Assembly (NCBI RefSeq): GCF_006345805.1
Contig: NC_043003.1
Location: forward strand, 116,250,001 to 116,314,000
Source of the DNA: Octopus sinensis
Lineage: Eukaryota
Length of the DNA stretch: 64,000 bases
Direction: 5' to 3'
The notes below the pieces were generated by a model, which had not been told where the DNA came from, searched no databases, and worked only from the letters and a program-made list of their open reading frames with translations. Both the position numbers and the translations under genes were made by a program. Of this stretch, positions 12,491-26,388 are shown piece after piece; within the stretch, counting starts at the first letter, position 1; each line of letters begins with the position of its first letter.

Positions 12491-12501
12491 ATATATATAT
12501 A

Positions 12502-12901
12502 GGCGCAGGAGTGACTGTGTGTTAAGTAGCTTGCTTACCAGCCACATGGTTCCGGGTTCAGTCTCACTGCGTGGCACCTTGGGCAAGTGACTTCTACTAT
12601 AGCCTCGAGCCAACCAAAGCCTTGTGAGTAGATTTGGTAGACGGAAACTGAAAGAAGCCCGTCGTATATGTATATATATATATATGTGTGTGTGTGTGAG
12701 TGTGTGTGTGTGTGTGTGTGTTTATGTGTTTGTGTTTGTCCCCCAAACATCGCTTGGTGTGTTTACGTCCCCGTAAAAAACAAACCGATAGAATGAGTAC
12801 TAGGCTTACAAAGAATAAGTCCTGGGGTCGATTTGCTCGACTAAAGCCGGTGCTCCAGCATGGCCATAGTCAAATGACTGAAACAAGTAAAAGTAAAAGA
12901 G
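12502..12901 (+). mobile_element. tRNA-derived SINE, family A
   Basis: GGCGCAGGAGTGACTGTGTG...GGTTCAGTCTC head, internal (TA)/(TG) microsatellite and (GTAAAA)n-like tail; multicopy in this window. Confidence 0.9.
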
Positions 12902-12909
12902 TATATATA

Positions 12910-13029
<120 letters not shown>

Positions 13030-13256
13030 AAATAGATATATATGATAGATAGATAGATATGAACTACTAATAGTTTTAGGCGATGAAAGTTTCTCAGACA
13101 CTATTTATTGACACGCCTGGTGCTTTCCATCCTCAGACAGAGGGAATAATTCTTTTGTTCATCTTACTACCACAAAAAGAGTACGAAATATATACATACA
13201 CACACAAACACATATATATATGTTCTATTATATTTTATTTTTATTTTCCATGTCTG

Positions 13257-13356
<100 letters not shown>

Positions 13357-14732
13357 TATATATATATATATATATATTATATAGTATATATATATTCAAA
13401 CATGTATATATGTATGTGTGTATATATATATATGCATATTCATTTTTATACATATATGTTTTGTGTGCATATGTGAGTGCGTGCGTACGTGTGGGTGCAA
13501 GTATGTGCATATATTTGTAACAAGATGGAAACCATGGAACTCAGGAAATAATCCAAGATCAATCAAATCTATACCTCTATATCAACCACTCCCTCGCTCT
13601 TACCTGTTTCATTCGGCATCAACCCTACCTCTTCGCCATCAGTGGATACTTTTATTTTTCTCAACTATTAGCAGAAACCTACGCCTTTTTAACTCTCACA
13701 ATCATGCTGGCTTCAAAAACCGCAGCTTTGCTTTTATTTTTATTTTAACTTGAAGACGTTGCGGAGAAGCAAAATAATGGAGGATAAGACATCATACAGC
13801 TCTGCCACACACATGTTCACCTACGCATGAGAACCAACGGAAACGACAACACACCCAGCTGCTGATACCCTCATTTTTCTCTTTATACATACACCTACAA
13901 ATGTGTGTGAGTGCGTGGTTGTATGCATACATATATATATAATATATATATATTATATATATATTATAATTATATATATATATAATAACATATATTATTA
14001 TATGTATTTATGTATAATAATTACCTATGTATATATATATATATGTATATTTATGTATGTATATATATATGTCATATATATATATGTATATATATATGTA
14101 TATTTATGTATGTATATATATGTGTGTATATATGTATGTATATGAATATGTATAAATATGTATATATATATATAAATATATATACATATATATATATATG
14201 TATGTATATATATATATATATATATATAAAAGGGAGTTATGGGTGTTATATATATATATATCCATGCACAAACGTAGAGGCGGATGTGTAGAAACATATG
14301 TGTATGTGTATTAACATACATATATACATATATACATACACATGAGATATATACTTCACCATGCACACATGTAGTACGTGTCTTCATAGGCACACTTTCA
14401 ATACCAGGCTACACGCAAATACACACACAGGCACACAGGACTCAGCACCGACCACATGCACACCCAACAGAGTGCATCACATCACCGCACACCGCACCAC
14501 GCCTCACATTGCCACAACACGCTACCCAGTGCAGCGAAAGAAGAAAGAAGATTATACATTGTTTAAGCTGAGTGTGACATCTTAATGCAGCAGCACCGGC
14601 AGCAGCGTTTGCAAGAAAAAATGATAACAATAAAAAAAAAACAGCAGCAAAAACAATAATGGCATCAGAAATGAGCGGAGCAGTGACAATAATATCGTAT
14701 CAAGAAAAAAAAACAACAACAACAGCAGCCAT

Positions 14733-14741
14733 TGAATAATA

Positions 14742-14799
<58 letters not shown>

Positions 14800-14801
14800 G
14801 G

Positions 14802-14835
<34 letters not shown>

Positions 14836-14877
14836 AAAATATTAATAGTAATAATAGCAATAATGATAGTAATAATA

Positions 14878-14908
<31 letters not shown>

Positions 14909-14938
14909 TATTAATGATGATGATAATAATAATAATAG

Positions 14939-14985
<47 letters not shown>

Positions 14986-15068
14986 TAATAATAATAGAAA
15001 TAATAATGATAATAATAATAGAAATAATAATGATAATAATAATAATAATAATAATAATAGTAGTAGAA

Positions 15069-15139
<71 letters not shown>

Positions 15140-15190
15140 TAATAACAACAACAACAAAAACAATAAAGACACCAACAACAACAACAACGA
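14733..15190. repeat. (TAA)n / (CAA)n compound microsatellite
   Basis: Direct reading. Confidence 0.95.
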
Positions 15191-15863
15191 ATGTAATGGT
15201 GGCAGAGAGAACACCAAATGTAGAAACAAGGAACAAGTATTACAAATAGGAATAAAAATAGAGAGGAATAATGCGTAAGGCTTTTGACCTATGAAGGAGA
15301 GGCATGCTTGGCTAACAGCAAGATGGATTGAGATGTGTGTAGTCTGCAGTCTAGCAATTGCCTTAATCTTCTTCGTTCAATTGTCTAATCTCCTTTAGTC
15401 CAGCCTAGCCTCGCCTGCTTTGGAATGGGATCAGACGCTAAGTTTATGGGTGTTGTGGGTTGTGTAAGGATTTGCAGTGAGACTGGATAAGGTTAAAACC
15501 ATGTTAATGCAGTTACAGTTTTTGTTTTATTTGTATAGAAAATCCAATTTAGTTATGTCTGCTTTGACAAATGGACTGCATGAACTGCTCTCAGCTAACT
15601 ACAGTAATATGGGTAACCTGTTGTGATCTGTTGCGAATTTCTGTTTCAGAAAGTATGTCTAAGCTTCTCTGTGTATTTATTGTTGAATATATACACACTT
15701 AGATACATGGATACATACGCACAGACACAGACTCCCCACACACACCCAAACACAAATACACATATATATTTGAGAAAATACTGATTTACTGAATCTCATG
15801 TACATTTGTAAGATGTTCATTAAAATAAATATACAAATGCAACCTATATATATATATATATAA

Positions 15864-15932
<69 letters not shown>

Positions 15933-15963
15933 ATGTATGTATGTATGTACGTATGTATGTATA

Positions 15964-16327
15964 GGCGCAACGGCCCAGTGGTTAGGGCAGCGAACTCGTG
16001 GTCATAGGATCGCAATTTCGAGTCTGAGACCACGAAACGAAAATACCTAAAACTCTACGAGGTTCCGGCAAGTGTGGTGGCGAACCCCACTATACTCTCT
16101 CACCAAGACTTCCTCTCACTCTTTCTTCCTGTTTCATTTGTTCCTGTATTTCAAAGGGCCTGCCTTGTCACACACTGTGTCACGCTGAATCTCCCTGAGA
16201 ACTACATTAAAGGTACTAGCGTCTGTGGAGTGCTCAGCCACTTCCACGTTTATTTCACGAGCAGGCTGTTCCGTTGATCGGATCAACTGGAACCCTCGTC
16301 GTCGCAGCCGCGGACGGAGGAGTGCCG
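15964..16327 (+). mobile_element. tRNA-derived SINE, family C (tail type 1)
   Basis: GGCGCAACGGCCCAGTGGTTAGGGCAGCG head; tail shared with 40634-41004. Confidence 0.85.
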
Positions 16328-16376
16328 CACAAATATATATATATATTATATATATATATATATATAATAATAATAT

Positions 16377-16446
<70 letters not shown>

Positions 16447-16667
16447 TGTATGTATGTATGTACGTATGTATGTATGCATGCATGTACGTACGTACGTACG
16501 TACGTATGTATGTATGTATGTATGCATGCATGTATGTATGTATGTATGTATGTATGCATGTTGGTATGTATTATGTATGTACGTATGTGTGTGCGTGTGT
16601 ATTTACAAATACATATATGTACATATACTATGCGTACAGATATGCGTTCCTATATTATATATATATA

Positions 16668-16698
<31 letters not shown>

Positions 16699-17929
16699 CA
16701 TATTCATATATATGTATGTAGAAAGTTTGTAGATGGTAGAGAAAGACAATGAGAGGGAGAGAGAGAGAGAGAGATAATTGTGTGCACGAATATTTATAGT
16801 TTACAATAGCTGCGTGTTTCCATAATTCATAACGGGTATGTATTGTTTTATATTTTGCTAGATCAATTCTGTAAAATACTCACAGGCACGTCTATGAATT
16901 CCACTATAAGGTCTTTTACCAAATTATGTACTGTGTTTGCTGAAACTTTTACGACAAAAGCAGTGTGAAATGGCGACCCATCTACACATGTAAACTGGCA
17001 TATTTCATTTTACAGTAGGGCTCGATAAATGGATGCGTGCCATATTGTCCCTGATATTTATTTTCACTTGCTGTTTCGAAGTTCTTAACTATTTGGAGTG
17101 GCTGTGTTTGTCTTTGAATTTGTTTGTTTTGTTTTTAGTTTTTATGTTGACTTCATTTTTTTTTTACATGCCCACAGTAGATACGAACATTCTTGGGGAA
17201 ATCGTAACAAAATCTCTTACTGTATTATTTCCTGTTCCCTTCCAATTTTAGCAGACAGGAATGATTTTAACAATGGCTGTCTAATATTTGCAGATATTCG
17301 GTTGATAACATTGATTGTCCCCTTCCCCAGATAAGAAAAAAGGGATTCCACATTATTTGTGCATTTTCCAATGAGAACATTAAACTGCACAGAGATTGAA
17401 ACCGTGTTGCACACTTCACTTCCCGAGACCTCCTCAACTGTTGCTCTCGGATGCTTGTCACATACTGTCCATATTTATTAACCGAATTACATGTATAGGT
17501 TTGATCAACACGAGCAAGCTGAATTGAGTCTCTTACGAAGACAAGAAGCTTGATAGATAGCGCTCCTTCATGTTTCCAGGAATGTCAAATCTTACGGCAA
17601 ATTCATCTCCAACCACTATTGATTGGATTCAAGACACTAAGCTGTTATTTGATTATTAAAATTTCCCGGGAAATTAAATAAGTGAGTGATTAAGCACCAT
17701 TGAAAAGGCAGGAAAAGAAGACACGGCAAAACAAGCAACAAACGTGCAACATGTAACGTTTACAAAATATACAACAAACACAGCAAATACAAGAAAGCAT
17801 TTCGACGGTGACGTGAGGAAAAGACAGCAAAAGAAAAGAATTTCGCAGAAGAATTGTTTGTAAATTGTTGAGTCATATTTTCTTCTCTTTACAATTCATG
17901 AAGCGTCAGTAACATGACAATTGCTCGTC

Positions 17930-18530
17930 ACTGTATATGTATGTAGAAATATATATATGTATGTGTTCTGTATGTGTGTGTGTGTGTGTATATGTGTGTA
18001 CTTGTGTGTGTATGTATGTATGTATGTATGTGTGTTTGTGTTGTGTGTGTACATGGGTATGTGTGTGTATGTTTGTGCGGATGAGTGTGTGTTTGTATGT
18101 GTGTGCGTATGTGTGTATGTATGTATGTATGTGTGTTTGTGTGTGTGCACATGGGTATGTGTGTCTATGTTTCAGCGGTCGTGTGTATCTTTGTATGTAT
18201 GTGCTTGTGTGTGTATGTGTATGCGTGTGTGTCTGTCTGTATGTGTGTATGTGTGTTTGTGTGTGTGTACATGGGTATGTGTGTATGTTTGTGCGTGTGT
18301 GTGTGTGTTTTTGTTCGTCTGTGATTGTGTGTGTATGTGTGTGCGTGTGTGTGTATGTATGTGTGTGTGTTTGTGTTTGTGTGTGTGTATATGGGTATGT
18401 GTTTATGTATATGCGGCTGTGTGTATGTTTATATGTGTGTGCGTGTCTGTGTCTATGTGTGTGCATGTGTGTGTGTGTGTACATAAACGTATACGCACTC
18501 GTTTAGGTTGGTATGTGTGTGTGTGTGTCA
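17930..18530. repeat. Degenerate (TG)n tract with higher-order periodicity
   Basis: ATGGGTATGTGT recurs at ~18053, 18151, 18271 and 18391. Confidence 0.8.
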
Positions 18531-19083
18531 TTGTGTCTTTTAATATAAGAGCGCTTACATAGTTGGTGTTGTATTTTGCAAATATTTTTGGAATTTCATA
18601 TTTTTAAGGAAGTCCATCATGCAGTAAATATTGAAACTTGATTAGATCAGCACCGCTTCGTATACTTACCTCTCTTCATTGAAAAAAAACCTACGTTAGC
18701 CATTGACATCTGCATTTGTATTCAAATTCATGAAATTTATATAAAGTTCTCTACAAAAAACTATATTGACGAGACAAATTAATTTAACTGAGCGATGATT
18801 TAAAAAAATAAAAAATAAAGGCAATATCAGCATTTGATATTAAAGGAATTCCAATAATGAGTGTACTGTACAAGTAGTGATGACTCAAAAAGAAGTTTTC
18901 CAAGATTATCTATTGTTGTAAAAGGAGACTGACCACCGTCTGGTTGTTTCCGCGTGGTGAACGGAAACCTTGTACAACAGTACAGACACAGGCATACACA
19001 TAGCCCTACACCATATATATATATATATATATATCTATATATATATTATATATATATATATGTATGTATATATGTATATATAT

Positions 19084-21998
19084 AACGGGAAGCTTTATGA
19101 AAATAAACAAAAGACGAAGGCAGGTGGAAAACAAACGAACAATTGTATTAGTATGGCGCTCAGGAAATATAAATTAAAACAAGTCTTTAACGTTTCGAGC
19201 CTACGCTCTTCAACAGAAAGATACACAGAGAAGAAAAAACACAGAAAGAAGGAGAGAAAAAAATGCGTGCAGTAGCTAACGAATCAACATGGCGATCTGA
19301 TTTCGGCCAGAGGTCAAAGATCAAACATGAGACGCGAGAGCGAATAAGGGGAGATAATAGGTTGATAATAGGGTTGAGGGACCAGCTAAAAGTGCGTGGG
19401 AGGGGTCTGGATGTGTGTATGTATAGGGTTGGTGTATGTATTAGTATGTATAAGGGTGTGTGTGTGTGGTGTGTGTGTATGAGAGAGTATTAGTGCGTAG
19501 GATTGGTCTGGACGTGCGTATGTATGGGGGTGGTGTATGTATTAGTATGTATTAGTACGTATTGGTATGTATAGGTGGTGTGTGTGGTGTGAGAGAGAGT
19601 ATAAGTGCGTATGCGGGGGTCTGGACGTTGTGTATGTATAGGGTTGGTGTAGTATTAGTATGTACTAGTATGTATTAGTACGTATTAGTATGTATTAGTT
19701 GGTGTGTGTATTAGTATGGCACATCATATGTGATGTGATGTTAAAGTCATGTGGTGTAGTGAGGAGAAGAGGGGGAGGGGGAGAAGGGGGGAGAGAAGGG
19801 GAGGGGAAGAAGAAGAGGGGGGGGGAAGAAGAGGGGGATGAGAAGGGGAGAGGAGAGGATGGGGGAGAAGGAAGGGGAGGAGGGGGATGAAGGAGGAAAG
19901 AGGGAGAGGGGGAGAGAGAAGGGGAGTGAGGGAGGTGGGAGCAGAGGGAAGGGGAAGAGGGAGGGAGAAGAAAGAGGGAAGAAGGGAGGGGAGTAGGGGT
20001 GTGAAAGGATGAAGACTGAAGAAGTAGGGGTCGGGGGGAGAAAGGATAGGTGAGGAGGGGGAGGGGGTTAGATGAGGGGGGGGAGAGTTGAGACCAAATG
20101 GCGTATAAGAGCGAAGAGAGAAGATTAATTCCTGTTCACGGCGCAAACGGGAATCCGGATGGCCTCTGTGTAAGGACAAACCGAACACAGATAGGTGTTG
20201 CAAGGAGTGACCGGTGGAGCGGAAATGGCGTGAGACCGGTGTGTCGTTCGCAAGGTGGATGTCACGAAGGTGTTCCGCGAACCGGTCAGCCAAGCGGCGT
20301 CCCGTTTGTCCGATGTACAAGGAATTGCAGAGAGAGCAAGAGATGCAATAGATAATATTGCTGGAGGTGCAGGTGAAGGAGTGGATGATGGGATAGGGTC
20401 GATGGGGGGTGCTAGTGAGGCGGGTGGTGTTGGAGAGGTAAGGGCAAGTGCGGCAACGTGGGCGGGAGCAGGGGAACGAGCCGGGTTGGGAGGTAGGGTC
20501 AGGGAAGGAGCTATGGACCAAAAGGTCTCGAAGGTTGTGGGCTCGTTTGAAAGAGGGGAGGGGTCGGTTAGGGAAGAGGTGTGAAGTGGACGGGTCGGAC
20601 TGGAGATGACGGAAAGCTCGAAGAATGGTGCGTTGGAGACGTAGGGTCGTGGGTGGTAAGTGAGGGGAAAAGGAGGCGGGAGACTACAGGGCGGGTTCGG
20701 GGAGAGAGAGCAGATACACGGTCCACGGACCGTGCTCTGGCAAGGGCGGTGTGGATAGTGGTGAGGGGGTATCCACGTAGGGTGAAGTGGTGAGCCATAC
20801 GTTGAGACTGAGTCTCAAAGTCATGGTCGTCACTACAGAGCCTACGTAGACGGAGGAATTGGGAATAGGGGATGGAAGCTTGGTGTGTTCTGGGTGGGAG
20901 GAAGAGAAGTTGAGGTATGAGTGTGAGTCTGTGTGTTTGTAGTGAATGGAGGTGGTAAGAGTGGAGTGAAGAATGCTAACCGAAATGTCGAGGAAGGAGA
21001 CAGAGGTGTTGGAGATAGTGGAAGTGAAGTGGAGGGCTGGATGGAAAGATTGGACGAAAGAGAGGAAGGAATCTAGATGTTCGCGGGAGAGTGAGGTGGC
21101 ACCGATAATGTCGTCAATATAACGACCATATAGTTCAGGAGTGGGACCAGTGAAATTAGAGAATATTTGGGCCTCAACATAGCCAACGAACTGGTTCGCA
21201 TAGTTGGGGCCATTCGCGTTCCCATGGCCACTCCCGAGACCTGATGGTAGAACTCGCCCGCGAACGAGAAGCAGTTCAGAGTAAGGACAAGTTCGGCCAG
21301 ACGAATGAGTGTGGAGGTGTCAGGTACAGGGTTAGAGCGGAGGTCAAGAAAGTGTCGAAGGGCTGCAGTCCTTCGTGGTGAGGGATAACAGTATAGAGGC
21401 TTTGGATGTCCATAGTAAAAAGGATTTTGGAGGAGCCGGGAGGAAAGGAGAAAGAAAGAGTTGAAAAGCCGGAGAGCATGGTTGGTATCGTGGATGTGGG
21501 AGGGAAGAGATGCCACTAGGGGGGCAAGGACACGGTCGAGGTATTTAGAGATGAGCTCCGTGGGGCAGTTACAGGCGGAGACGATGGGGCGGCCAGGGTT
21601 GTTGGGTTTGTGGATTTTGGGGAGGAAGTAAATGGTGGGGGTACGTGGGGTTCGCACAATTAGGTTGGATGCGGTGTGGGGGGAGACGGGAGGACGAGAT
21701 GAGGTCTTGGACAGTAGAGGATACCGTCTGTTGGTAGCTACGTGTGGGGTTAGAGGGCAGAGGGGAATAGAAGGAGGTGTCATTGAGTTGGCGGAAAGCC
21801 TCGGTCCTATAGAGGTCCGCGCGCCACACCACTACAGCTCCACCCTTGTCAGCCGGTTTGATGATAATGTCAGCGCGCCGTTGGAGGGAACGAAGAGCCA
21901 AGAGCTCAGCCGGGGAGATGTTGAGGCGACGTTGGCGCCTGGAGAAGTTGAACCGCTCCAATGCACGCTGACAAGCGCCCGCGAAAAGATCCACTGCT
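19084..21998 (-). mobile_element. Penelope-like retroelement (Neptune-type), 5'-truncated and frameshifted: RT plus GIY-YIG endonuclease
   Basis: IIKPADKGGAVVVW, YFLPKIHK..PGRPIVS, DIQSLYT.IP, GVAMGTRM, RYIDD (~21113-21125), Cys linker PCSRPRCRTCP and GIY-YIG NIIYCISCSLCNSLYIGQTGRRLADRFAEH; the 3' UTR contains an HHR. Confidence 0.95.
19184..19221 (-). ncRNA. Minimal PLE-type hammerhead (CUGUUGA core)
   Basis: TCTTT-CTGTTGA-A-GAGC-GTAG-GCTC-GAAA-CG-T-T-AAAGA. Confidence 0.7.
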
Positions 21999-22035
21999 AG
22001 GAATAATATGTATATATGTATATATGTATATATAT

Positions 22036-23535
22036 AACGGGAAGCTTTATGAAAATAGACAAAAGACGATGGCAGGTGGAAAACAAACGAACAATTGTAT
22101 TAGTATGGCGCTCAGGAAATATAAATAAAACAAGTATTTAACGTTTCGAGCCTACGCTCTTCAACAGAAAGATACACAGAGAGAAAAAAAACACAGAAAG
22201 AAGGAGAGAAAAAAAATGCGTGCAGTAACTAACGAATCAACATGGCGATCTGATTTCGGCCAGAGGTCAAAGATCAAACATGAGACGCGAGGGCGAAATA
22301 AGGGGAGATAATAGGGTTGATAATAGGGTTGAAGGACCAGCTATTAGTGCGTGGGAGGGGTCTGGACGTGTGTATGTATAGGGTTGGTCTATGTATTAGT
22401 ATGTATTAGTATGTATAAGGGTGTGTGTGTGTGTGGGTGTGTGTGTATGAGAGAGTATTAGTGCGTAGGATAGGTCTGGACGTGCGTATGTATGGGTTTT
22501 GGTGTTGTATTAGTATGTATTAGTATGTATTAGTACGTATTAGTATGTATTAGTTGGTGTATGTATTAGTATGGCACATCATATATGATGTGATGTGTAA
22601 AGTGGTGTGGTGTAGTGAGGAGAAGAGGGGGAGGGGGAGAAGGGGGGGAGAAGGGGAGGGGAAGAAGAGGGGGGAAGAGGAGAGGATGGGGGAGAGAGAG
22701 GAGGGGGAGAAGAAGGAGATGGGGAGGATGGAGGAAAGAGGGAGAGAGGGAGAGGGAAGGGGAGTGAGGGAGTGAGGGAGCAGAGGGAATGGGAAGAGGG
22801 AAGGAGGGAAGGAGAGAGGGAAGGAGGGAAGGAGAAAGAGGGAAGAAGGGAAGGGAAGGGGAGTAGGGGTGAAAGGATGAAGGACTGAAGAAGTAGGGAT
22901 CAGGGGGAAGGATAGGTGAGGAGGGGGAGAGGGGGGTTAGATGAGAGGGGGAGAGTTGAGACCAAATGGCGTATAAGAGCGAAGTGAGAAGATTAATTCC
23001 TGTTCACGGCGCAAACGGGAACCCGGATGGCTTCTGTGTAAGGACAAACCGAACACAGATAGGTGTTGCAAGGAGTGACCGGTGGAGCGGAAATGGCGTG
23101 AGACCGGTGTGTCGTTCGCAAGGTGGATGTCATGAAGGTGTTCCGCGAACCGGTCAGCCAAGCGGCGTCCCGTTTGTCCGATGTACAAGGAATTGCAGAG
23201 AGAGCAAGAGATGCAATAGATATATTGCTGGAGGTGCAGGTGAAGGAGTGGATGATGGGATAGGGTCGATGGTGGGTGCTAGTGAGGCGGGTGGTGTTGG
23301 AGAGGTAAGGGCAAGTGCGGCAACGTGGGCGGGAGCAGGGGAACGAGCCGGGTTGGGAGGTAGGTCAGGGAAGGAGCTATGGACCAAAAGGTCTCGAAGG
23401 TTGTGGGCTCGTTTGAAAGAGGGGAGGGGTCGGTTAGGGAAGAGGTGTGAAGTGGACGGGTCGGACTGGAGATGACGGAAAGCTCGAAGAATGGTGCGTT
23501 GGAGACGTAGGGTCGTGGGGTGGTAAGTGAGGGGA
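22036..23535 (-). mobile_element. Partial tandem copy (pseudo-LTR) of the same PLE: GIY-YIG region plus 3' UTR
   Basis: Highly similar to ~19084-20668; lies immediately upstream of the longer copy in element orientation. Confidence 0.95.
22135..22172 (-). ncRNA. Minimal PLE-type hammerhead (CUGUUGA core)
   Basis: Same motif as 19184-19221, with one stem I mismatch. Confidence 0.65.
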
Positions 23536-24248
23536 GAATATAAATATAAATAAGGGTGTCTGAGAGACACTACCATGCGAAATAGCAGTCAAAACCCTGA
23601 CTCTAAGAACCACGTTAAATGTTCATATCGCACCATGAGATAAGACAGGGACAAAATAGACTAGCAAAAAGATATTACTGGATAATTCAAGATCCTGAAT
23701 TTCTAGCTTTGCTTTAAATAAGCTTGAAACATGGCTAGAAACCCTTTGATTATTAGACTCACCTATTTAGTGTGACATGGAACAACAAATATGCTTTGAG
23801 ATCAAGTATTTCATTTTTTTGCTGAGATGAATTGAAAGTTTTGAACCAGCCTGTAATAGATGTTGGAAAACCTGTTGCGGTCTCTGATATAGTTATAACT
23901 TTTGAATTCAGGGTGACAATGAACATTATATATTCTCCCCACTACACAGTTAACATTATAAAAGTGTATCAGGCAGTGATATTGGTAACAGCAAAAGTGT
24001 TGCTGAGTATTAAGAGAAAAGGAAGTGATATGTGGTTCATGTTATAATACGTTTTCAATCGCTCATGCGTTCAACAATTTTATTCTCTCGTCAGAAACAT
24101 TTCCAACAAAACCAAAACAACGAGATATTGCATTCGTTCTATTGCTGATGTTGATGTTATCGTTTAAAATGATGGAAACTCAATGTTCACTTGCTTGGTC
24201 AGGACGATATTTGAATTGGAAATAGAAGGAACTAGTTTTGATGTGTTT

Positions 24249-24574
24249 TAGATATTATGTCAAGAAGAGTGTTTGCTTCATAGTAAAGTTGCGGAGATGC
24301 TGTGTATACGTTCAAATCGGAACCTCGAACATTCTGTAAAGGACGAGTTCGTATTATATTGTACCAGGCTTTAGAGCTGAGCGAAAGGAATGAGATTCCA
24401 GATTAATCTGATTCACTCGTTCATGGATATTAGACGCAAAAGTTTGATCTAACAACGTGGTGTATTTGATCGCTGGGACTCGACGATACACCTTCAGTTT
24501 TAATTATTTAAACAAAAAACCTGAGCTTATATACAGAAAAGTGAGTATTGAAATGCAATCACAGTAGTATATTG
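24249..24574 (+). repeat. Segment duplicated at 28923-29346
   Basis: GAGTGTTTGCTTCATAGTAAAGTTGCGGAGATGCTGTGTATACG... is shared; the second copy has two extra blocks. Confidence 0.9.
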
Positions 24575-25276
24575 ATGCTAAATGAAACTTCATTTATAGA
24601 TCAACGGTAGATTTTGGTCAAGTGACGAGGGTAACATCATATGAACCCATAAAGTCTATTTGCTAGAATTTCGGTTAGCTCCTAGAGCAAACAAGATGCG
24701 CAAACTCAAGAATAATTTAATAGTTTGAAAAGACTAAAAATTCAAACGAACGAGGATAGCCTTTACTTATTCACGTGGGCCTGCAAGCAATATTCGCAAA
24801 ATATCCTTCAAATCTCATTCAAGTCTGTATACCGAGTACTGTTGTTCTTGGTCGGATTTTCACTTCATTTGACCTTAGATCCGTTCCATCAGAGCTGAAA
24901 TGTTACTAATCATTACAACAACAGCTGGAATATAAACGTTAAGAGTCTATATATTTTACGGCAAATTTGTCTGCTTTCTTTAACATTTTAGTGAACACTT
25001 TGCCCTCAAATGCAATGTGGCTTCTATTAAGTTAAAAAAGAGGCTAGGCAGGAATTATTTTGACCAGCTTCAATGTAAGTGGAAGAAAGCTCATTGACGT
25101 CCAGTAAAACATTGTTCATATTCATGTTTAAAGAAGGTAAAATAGAAGAAGGCAGAATGTTGTTCAGCGGTTTCTGTTGGTTCTTGATATGCTGACGGGT
25201 CAGCGTATCCAGATTCTTCCATTCAACAACACTCTCAACAATAGTGCAACATCAAATCATATTACTGCACATATTG

Positions 25277-25533
25277 TTCTTTTCTCTTTCAGTCATTTGA
25301 CTGCGGCCATGCTGGAACAGCGCCTTTAGTCCAGCAAACCCCCCCCCCACCCCCGAGCATATTCTTTATAAGCCTAGTACTTATTCTATCGGACCCTTAT
25401 ACCGAATCGCTGAGTTACGGGGACGTAAACACGCCAGTATCGGTTGTCAAGCGCTGTTGGGGGGGGGGGGGGGGGGCAAACACAGACACAAACATACGAC
25501 ATATATTATACATATATATATATGTATATATAT

Positions 25534-25620
<87 letters not shown>

Positions 25621-26388
25621 CATATAATATATATAATATATATATATATATTATATATATATATATATATATATGTATTATATATATAATATATATATTA
25701 TAGTTTTACGAATGTTAAGATATTATTAAGATATATTATATCAGTACCATGGCGCAGGAGTGGCTGTGTGGTAAATAGCTTACTTACCAACGACATGGTC
25801 CTAGGTTCAGTTCCACTGCGTGGCACCTTGAGAAAGTGTCTTCTACTATAGCTTCCGGCCGTTCATATCCTTTTGAGTGGATTTGGTAAACAGAAACTGA
25901 AAGAAGCCCGTCGTATATATATATATATAAAGGACCATGTGGTTGGTAAGTAAGCTATTTACCACACAGCCACTCCTGCGGTATTCTGTCTCTCTTTTTT
26001 TACTCTTTTATTGTTTCAGTCATGTGACTGTGGCCATGCTGCAGCACCGACTTTAGTCGAGCAAATCAACCCCAGGACTTATTCTTTGTAAGCCTAGTAC
26101 TTATTCTGTCGGTCTCTTTTCCCAAACCGCTAAGTTACGGGGACGTAAACACACCAGCATCGGTTGTCAAGCAATGCTAGGGGGACAAACACAAACACAC
26201 ACACGCATATACATATACATATATACGACGGGCTTCTTCCAGTTTCCATCTACCAAATCCACTCACAAGGCTTTGGTCGGCCCGAGGCTATAGTAGAAGA
26301 CACTTGCCCAAGGTGCCACGCAGTGGGACTGAACCCGGAACCATGTGGTTGGTAAACAAGCTACTTACCACACAGCCACTCCTACGCC
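25277..26388. mobile_element. Cluster of family A SINE copies and fragments in both orientations
   Basis: Minus 3' part ~25277-25500, plus head ~25751-25915, minus head stub ~25933-25980 and a full minus copy ~25990-26388. Confidence 0.85.

Noticed and set aside
12502-12575. tRNA-like heads of the SINEs (all families)
   Set aside because: A and B boxes are present, but they continue into SINE bodies and I could not fold complete cloverleaves; they are not tRNA genes.
19765-20085. Long purine/G-rich tract (possible G-quadruplex or triplex DNA)
   Set aside because: It is the low-complexity 3' UTR of the PLE and is repeated in the second copy; no independent evidence of function.
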